61,449 bases of DNA. It comes from Thraustochytrium aureum. Its lineage: Eukaryota. The position numbers were made by a program, and so were the translations under genes. The notes beneath the pieces are model-generated. The model had not been told where the DNA came from and did no database searches. It saw nothing but the letters and a program-made list of their open reading frames with translations. Positions 54,604-61,449 of this stretch are shown here, piece after piece (the stretch's first letter is position 1; every line of letters begins with the position of its first letter). Where the stretch lies: the NCBI GenBank assembly GCA_012862495.1, contig BLSG01000354.1, positions 1-61,449 of the forward strand, in the 5' to 3' direction.

Positions 54604-57600
54604 ATGGCGGCGCCGGCCGGGGAGGATGGCGGCGCGGCGAAGCTGGAGCTGGGGATGGTCTGCGGGGTGGTCAACCCTGCCGTGGGTGACGAGGGCTGGG
54701 TGCCCGAGGCACCCGCTGTTTGGGTTGGCAGGCTGCTCAAGCTGGTGCCGCATGGACAATGCGTTCTTTCCCTGCTCTTGCAAGTAGGCGACAAAGAGTA
54801 CGCGGACTCGGGGATTCGAATCGCAGACTCCGAAGACGTCGTGTTTTGCCTCGACGACCACTTCGAGGAGGTCGACGCTGAACGCGCAGGGTTGCCGCGA
54901 ATTGCGTTTAGACTTGTCCGGGAGCTGGACTTGGACGATATCCGGACAAAGCATAAAGCTGGTACCGAGCAAAGGACCATTGCGCCGCGAGTCCACGCCT
55001 TCATCGGAAGAGCCGCTGAGAAGGTGCAAAAGGGCTCCGCCTCCGCCTCTGAACATGAAACTGCTGGAGATGTGGGTCCTGCTCGCCTCCAAAGTGACCA
55101 GGCAGGGTCTGAAGCGGCCACCAAGGTGCGCGACGGGTCTACCAATGATGTTGAACGTCAGGGTAGTGCGCTGAAGCCGCCCTCTGGATCCGACGCAGCG
55201 GAATCAGTGGTGGGAAATCACCAGCATCAAGTTGATGATGTTGGCGACGAGGACGGCAAGCACAAAGGTGTTGAGGACGAGGGCGGCGAGCACATGGAGG
55301 GCGAGGGCGAGGACGGCGAGCGCATTGAGGACGAGGACGGCGAGCACATGGAGGGCGAGGACGGCGAGCGCATTGAGGAAGAGGTTAGCGAGCCCAAGGG
55401 TGTTGAGGGCGAGGACAGCAGGCCCAAGTGTGTTGAGGGCAAGGACGGCGAGCACATGGAGGGCGAGGACGGAGAGCGCATTGAGGACGAGGATGGCGAG
55501 CGCATTAAGGACGAGGACGGCAAGCGCATTGAGGAAGAGGTTAGCGAGCCCAAGTGTGTTGGGGGCGAGGACGGCGAGCACATTGAGGGCGAGGACAGCC
55601 AGCCCAAGTGTGTTGAGGGCAAGGACGGCGAGCACATTGAGGGCCAAGACGGCGAGCCCAAGGGCCTCAAAGACGAGACTGTTGAAAACGAGGCTGTCAA
55701 TGGCGAGGTTGTCAAAGTCGAGCGAGCTAGAAACGAAGTTTTTGAAAGCGAGGTTGGCAATGACGTGGACGCCAATCACAAAGTTGCCGAGGTAGAACAG
55801 GAGATCAAGAAGGAAAACAGCGAAAACCACGACGGCGAAGACGAGGAGGACGACAAACAAATCGCCGAAGGTGAAGACGCCGAAACTACAAGCGATGTCG
55901 AGTTGCCGACAGAGGACGCAATGGAAGCGCCAACAGAGGACGCAATGGAAGCGGACACGTCGCCCAAAGTCGATGCTGCGAAAGATCCAGAGCTGCCAAA
56001 CGCCACTGGAAGCACAACCGGTGAACCGGCTGCCACTGAAAACGCAACCAGTGAACCGGCTGAGCCACTACAGAGCCCCCCAACACCAACGGTCAGCGAG
56101 GGTGCTGCCGGAGCCGACGATAGTGACACCGGCTCGCCTCCGGTCGTAGAGGGCAGACCTCGCCGAAGTAGCCGATCAATCACCAAGCCTTCCACCGCAC
56201 CCGCTCCCGACGAAGACCAAAGCGAGGCGGAAGCGATGGAAGTACAGCAGAGTGGCTCAGAAGGGAAGGCGGAAGTCGAAGGCGACGATGACGATGATGA
56301 CGATGAAGCCTCTGTCGACACCAGCAAGCCGCCGCTGCGGCGCGGCCGGCCTCGCCGCGCCCGGTCCGGATCGTCCTCGTCGCCTGTTGAATCTGAAAAG
56401 AGCAGCATTGCCAGTGAGTCGGCCGATATGGACCTTGTCGAAGAGGGCGACGTCGACTCGTCCAGCAAGAGCTCTGCGCCAGGGGCGCTGAGCGGGACTG
56501 AGGACGGCGCCGAAACGTATGTGAACGGGGACCTCGCCGACTACATCCGCGTCGGCAAGCAGTACCAGAGCGACATCCCGGATTACTTTGGCCCGGACGC
56601 CCCGCGGCCCTCTGTGGATGATCAAGAGATGACGAGCGGATTTCTGGACATTTGTTCCGTGCTCCCTCCCGAACGCGTCCCCGTTGGCCCAGAGTGGACG
56701 CACACCGAGCGACAGGCCTTTGAGAAGGCCATCTACAAGCACGGCGCCAACTTTCGCCTCATTGCCAAAAACGTCAACGCGGCTCTCGCCGCCGGGCCGA
56801 AGCGCGTGGGCCGCAAGCCGAAAAAGAAGCCTGTTTTGGCGAAGGACAACCTCTCGTCGGCGTCCTCCGTGGCGTCTGGAGTGGCTAGTGTGGGCGACGC
56901 CGCGGCCACAGACGCAGATGGCGACTCCGCGCCCGTTGCCTTGAAGAGCGCCGACTCAGCAGCGACCACTCTTTCAAACCCAGCAACTTCTGGCTACAAG
57001 GACATGCGGAAAGTGCTTCAAGGGGCCCCGCAAGTTGGTGCTACCCGCGGCACGCTCGTGCCGGTCGGTCAGCGCACAACGGGCATGTGCGTGCAGTACT
57101 TTTACGACCAGTTCCGCTTAGCCAGGGTCTACGAGGCCTGGCGCAAGCACGACGAGAACCGCTTCATCCAGATGGAGCGCGAGCTGCGCGAAGCCGAGCG
57201 TGCCGCAGCCAAAGAGGCGCGCAAGCAGCGCCGCATTGCCACACAACGGGCAAAGGACGAGCGCGATGGCGTCGTCGCGGCAGCGGCAGCCGCCCCCTTC
57301 CCAACCTTGAAGGGGACTCGAGGCCGAGGCCTGGGGCGTGCGGCGAAAGACAAGGCCGCCAATGCAAAGGACACACTCAAACGAGGCAAGAAAAAGAAGC
57401 GCCACAAAGAGAAGGCCAAGCTCATTGGGATCCGTAACCGGCCGTCCCTCCTCGGAATCGTGCAACCCATCGCGCGAGAGGACCGTCCGTGGTGCGACGC
57501 GTCTTGCGAGTACATGCCCGCGCGCGCCTCGGACATCCCCAGCGAGGACCTCCTGGACCAAATCGAAGCACAGAACGGCAAAACCCAGGACGGCCAGGAT

Positions 57601-60600
57601 TTGGCAGCAACGGCCGAGGAGCTCCGAGCCATCCGCGAGGAAGCAGAGAGAACCGCGCTTGATGCCTCCAACCCGCGGTACTGCGTCTGCAAGGGTTTTG
57701 ATACCAGCTTTATGGTTTTCTGTGCAGAGTGCGAGAACTGGTTTCATGCAACGTGCGTTGGACTGCGCAAGGACATGCTTGCTGAAGGCTCCGTATTCAC
57801 CTGTGCCGACTGCTCTCCAATTCGGCCGCAGCTTGGCTGCAAGTCCCCCGAGCTTTTGCAGCCGGCCTCGTGGCGCCTCAAGCCGCAGCGCGGCGAAGCT
57901 CCTTTGATCGCAGTTCTTGCTGTTGGCGTGGACCTCCCCGTGCGCTCCATCGTCACGCCTGCCTCGGGGTGCGGTTCTGATGGATTTCCGCTTTCTGCAA
58001 GCGCTGTCATCGTTCGGCCCGGCGCAGCGCAAGGGACACCAAGCATCGGTCAATCTGAAGCAGACGCAGGCGAGGCGACGCGTTCGGACGAAGGAGTCCA
58101 GGACCTGGCGCGGCCTCACGAGCCGGCAGCTACTAAGGACACCGATGGCGCAACGGAGAGGGCGGAAGGCGACGCGGAAGGCGACGCCGAGTCACCTACA
58201 GCTGTGTCAGACGCCTCGCCGAATGGTGATGAGACGCAGATCGATCGCGATCTCGATCTCGATCTGAAGGCCAACGGAGCCGCACAAAGCGCGTCGGGCG
58301 CGCTTTTGGAGTCAGGCGGCGAAAACCCAGCCCTTTCTGCAAGCAGCGCAGACCGAACGGAACGCGTGGCAAAGGCATCGGCCGAAGTCATGAAGCGAGA
58401 AGAAGAGCCCCTCACGTCAGAGGGTGTCAACGAGTCCAAGCCGCCACCACGTCGCAACAAGAAGCGCGGCGTGAGCGAGAGCAGCAGCTCCAAGACCGAT
58501 CTGGACACCAAACAGCCAGGTTCGACAGAGTCTGCGGCTGTGGACGAGGATCTGCAAAGCGATGAGATCCAGTTCGTCAAGGAAGACCATGTCGCCTTGC
58601 TGGACGCGCCGCCCTTGAGCCGACGGTACATTCTGCTTCTCGCAACTCGAAAAGTGCCTGTGTGGAACTCGGCTGCCAAGCAGCTGATCGGTGGCGAGCA
58701 AGCCCCAAGCGTGGCCGGTCTCGAGGCCGTCCTCCGCGCGCGGCCCGAAATCCGCCCTTGGCATGGCGCGATTAGGCGAAATTGCACGCACCCAAAGTAT
58801 CTAGAGCGCAAGGAGGAGAAACGCCGGAAACGCCGCGAGCGACGCGAGGCAGATCACTCCCGCACCGACCGCAAGCGGCGTCGTCTCGAGAGCGCTGGCA
58901 GCGACGACGATGACGACGACGAAGACTTTGAGGAGGAGGACCTCGAAGATATGGACGACGACGAGGCCCGGGCAGGGCGTTCTGAGGCCTCAATCCGTGC
59001 AATGGCCAGTGCGAAGATTCGGGCCTTTATCAAGGAGCTCCCGCCCCAGGCATTCGAGTACGCTCGCAACGAGGACTCTGGGTCAGAACCGTCAAGCAAA
59101 GCGGATGGCGACGATGCGGACACGCCAAGGAGCTCCTCTCAGGCGAAGAAGCGCCTCTCGCAGAAACGGCGCCAGGCAAACGATTCGGCACAGGCTAAAA
59201 AGGTCCTCAAAGTTCGCCGCAAGGAGGAGCAGGATTTGCTGTTGCGAGTCCGGAAAGAGTTTTGGAGAAGCGACGCCTCGAAAAGCTCGCCGCGAGCAAG
59301 CCAAGCCAAACCGTGCCGCGGGGCCAGTTCGTGCGCGGGCCAATCGTTCAGGATATGTTCATGCACCATCCCGGCCTTATGGGAATGCACGGCATGCCGC
59401 ACATGAACACTGCGATGGGACGTGGACAAATGCCGATGGGTCACATGGGCGTCATGCACCCCGGAATGCCCCACGGCGGGATGGTGGGACACAACATGGG
59501 GATGGTGCCCGGCATGGNNNNNNNNNNNNNNNNNNNNNNNNNNNNNNNNNNNNNNNNNNNNNNNNNNNNNNNNNNNNNNNNNNNNNNNNNNNNNNNNNNN
59601 NNNNNNNNNNNNNNNNNNNNNNNNNNNNNNNNNNNNNNNNNNNNNNNNNNNNNNNNNNNNNNNNNNNNNNNNNNNNNNNNNNNNNNNNNNNNNNNNNNNN
59701 NNNNNNNNNNNNNNNNNNNNNNNNNNNNNNNNNNNNNNNNNNNNNNNNNNNNNNNNNNNNNNNNNNNNNNNNNNNNNNNNNNNNNNNNNNNNNNNNNNNN
59801 NNNNNNNNNNNNNNNNNNNNNNNNNNNNNNNNNNNNNNNNNNNNNNNNNNNNNNNNNNNNNNNNNNNNNNNNNNNNNNNNNNNNNNNNNNNNNNNNNNNN
59901 NNNNNNNNNNNNNNNNNNNNNNNNNNNNNNNNNNNGGCGGTCCGACCTCATCTGCAAAGGGTCGCAGCAGCGCACCCCAAACAGCTCCTTCAGGCGGGAA
60001 GCGCGGGGCGCCTTTGGCCTCTCCAGGCCGCGGCCCGACCGCTTCACTCCAGCCGGACAAGCAAAAGTCGCAGCTCAAACCGGAGGTTTCCCAGGCTGCT
60101 GTGAAGCAGGAGCAGCACAACTTGCAGCAGCTCCAGCAGGCTGCAGATCAACAGCTGTTTAATCTGCTGGCCTCGGGCAACGTGGATCGTGTCGCGATTA
60201 TCAATCGTATCGCAGCTCTCGAGAGCGAGCTCAAGCAGCTGCAAGAGCAGAGCGTCAAAGTTGCGAAGGGGGCGACCTCGCACGGCGCTAGCCGAATGCA
60301 GGATTCGTCGAACGGGGCCGCGCTTGAGCGCGATGCGCTGAAACGGCGCGAGCTCGAAATTCTCCAGGAGACCCAGGAAAAATACCGGCACGAGATTGAC
60401 GTCCTCGCTCTCCTTTTGCAACACCTCCCGAACGGAAGCGAGAGCAAGCACGCGGCCGGCGCGTCCCCTGCGGACCAGCGACAGCTCCAAATGCAGCAAG
60501 CCGAGGAGCACAGGCTTGCGGAAGAGCTGATTCAGCGCCACTTGATGGGAAACCAGAGCGGGCAGCAGCAGGCGGGCTGGCAGAACGATGCTATGGCGCT

Positions 60601-61449
60601 CGATGCCCAAGTCATGCAAGCGCTTTTGCAGCATGGTGGCGAAGATCGCCTACGTGAGCTGTTGCTTTTGGAGCAACTTCGGCGCCAAGAGGAACAGCAG
60701 CAGCAGCAACAACAGCAGCAGCAACAGCAGCAGCAGCAGCAGGTCTTGCGCGGGCCAGAACGGCCCGGCTCAGCGGCCACCACAACCCATGCGACGTCTC
60801 ATATATCCAACAATTTGGCAAACGCGTTTCCAATGCTCGAAGAGGAGTTCAAGCAGGTCGACGAGCGGCTAAACGCTCTGTTTCAGGAGGCCATCGTGGC
60901 CGCGGAAAACACCACCTACGAACAGCGAATCCAGGCAATTTTGCGAGGCCAGGCTGCAGAGATCGAGAGGCTCAACCGGCAGCACGAGGAGCAATTGCTC
61001 GGCGAGTCGAACCGGATGGAGCAAGTCTTGACGCAGTCGCAGCCCAACGAGCACGTTCAGCTTTTACTTCACGTGCACGGCCTCCATATTGCTCAGTATA
61101 CGGCCAAGCACTATCTCATGCTGCACCGTGCATCCTCCAGGTGCGCTGAACTGCTACGGGCGCTCCTCCAGGTTCCTGCCATCAGTGAAGCGATGCAGGA
61201 GACTGTGCGAGCTTCGCACGACAAAGCTACTGCTCATGCCGCCAAATTCCTGGAAGATTCGGTACAGCTGCAGAATCAAGTAGCCATCGAGATCAGCGCT
61301 CTGACCGGCGGTGGGGATGAACAGACAATCGCTCGTGCGAGCCTGCTGCTGCAACAGGAGCAAGCCGCGAAGGCCCTGCAAAAGCAGTCCCAGGATGCCG
61401 AGCAGGCTAGAGCGAAAGAGCAACGCCGTGCACGCGAGCAGCAGCAGCA
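54604..61449 (+). CDS. Very large nuclear/chromatin protein: acidic repeats, ELM2, split SANT, PHD finger, BRK, Met/Gly/His-rich and polyQ regions; frameshift near 59260, gap 59518-59935, open at the window end
   Basis: IRVGKQYQSDIP (ELM2); WTHTERQAFEKAIYKHGANFRLIA...RTTGMCVQYFY (SANT); YCVC..MVFCAECENWFHATCVG..FTCADC (PHD); KVPVWNSAAKQLIGGEQAP..LEAVLRARP (BRK). The frame starting at 59936 stays open to the end. Continuity across the gap is inferred. Confidence 0.75.
55246..55660 (+). repeat. Coding acidic minisatellite of about 24-bp units (EDGEHMEG / EDGERIED / EDSRPKCVEG variants)
   Basis: Repeated gaggacggcgagcacatggagggc and gaggacggcgagcgcattgag units, in frame. Confidence 0.85.
60695..60742 (+). 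repeat. CAG/CAA polyglutamine tract (16 Gln)
   Basis: Read directly, in the open frame of the chromatin protein. Confidence 0.9.

Noticed and set aside
2950..59265. Roughly ten frameshifts (about 2958, 6155-6190, 12502, 15550, 18100, 27500, 31000, 53040-53110, 59260) as pseudogenes, programmed frameshifting or RNA editing
   Set aside because: They are single-base indels, several in homopolymers. They hit essential conserved genes such as SGT1 and TRM9 whose sequence is otherwise intact, share no slippery motif, and occur in a low-quality gapped assembly. Sequencing error is the simplest explanation.
1108..59935. Long ORFs in the track that span N runs, and long antisense ORFs over real genes
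   Set aside because: These are artefacts of translating Ns and of high GC3 leaving antisense frames open. They show no independent protein motifs.
1..61449. tRNA, rRNA, snRNA genes, transposons or viral insertions
   Set aside because: No cloverleaf, rRNA signature, transposase/RT/integrase or capsid motifs were recognised by eye. Small ncRNAs cannot be excluded without a covariance-model search.

Overview
Gene-dense, GC-rich, nearly intron-less eukaryotic DNA from a gapped draft assembly. The style and gene content suggest a thraustochytrid/labyrinthulomycete-like stramenopile, but that taxon call is an inference. About 23 protein-coding genes are readable. Conserved genes: a Dictyostelium-type 34-kDa actin-bundling protein, TRM9-like methyltransferase, NDUFS4, PIG-V, SGT1, a TLC-type membrane protein, a J1-crystallin/ADP-ribosylglycohydrolase, LRRC46, COX7A, mitochondrial uL22, a METTL21-type methyltransferase, an aldo-keto reductase, a GT34 glycosyltransferase and a cytochrome P450. 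Unusual multidomain proteins: (1) an MLKL-like four-helix-bundle + intact TKL kinase + HERC2/KEG-type SH3 array + Cys-rich tail, the top candidate for an undescribed sensor-executor cell-death/immune protein; (2) a HET/TIR-like + TPR protein; (3) a membrane-anchored EF-hand + alpha-carbonic anhydrase; (4) a PA + C-type lectin + folate-receptor-like + Ig-like type I receptor; (5) a GYF-GYF-BAR-PH-ArfGAP-ANK protein; (6) an ELM2-SANT-PHD-BRK chromatin protein. Non-coding signals: a deletion-eroded copy of the ADP-ribosylglycohydrolase gene, TAG/CTA/GTA-rich islands at gene boundaries, short tandem repeats just after several stop codons, and a 51-bp minisatellite. About ten apparent frameshifts, some in homopolymers and in essential genes, look like sequencing errors. 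No rRNA, tRNA, CRISPR array or recognisable transposon was seen. All family assignments come from recalled motifs, not database searches.
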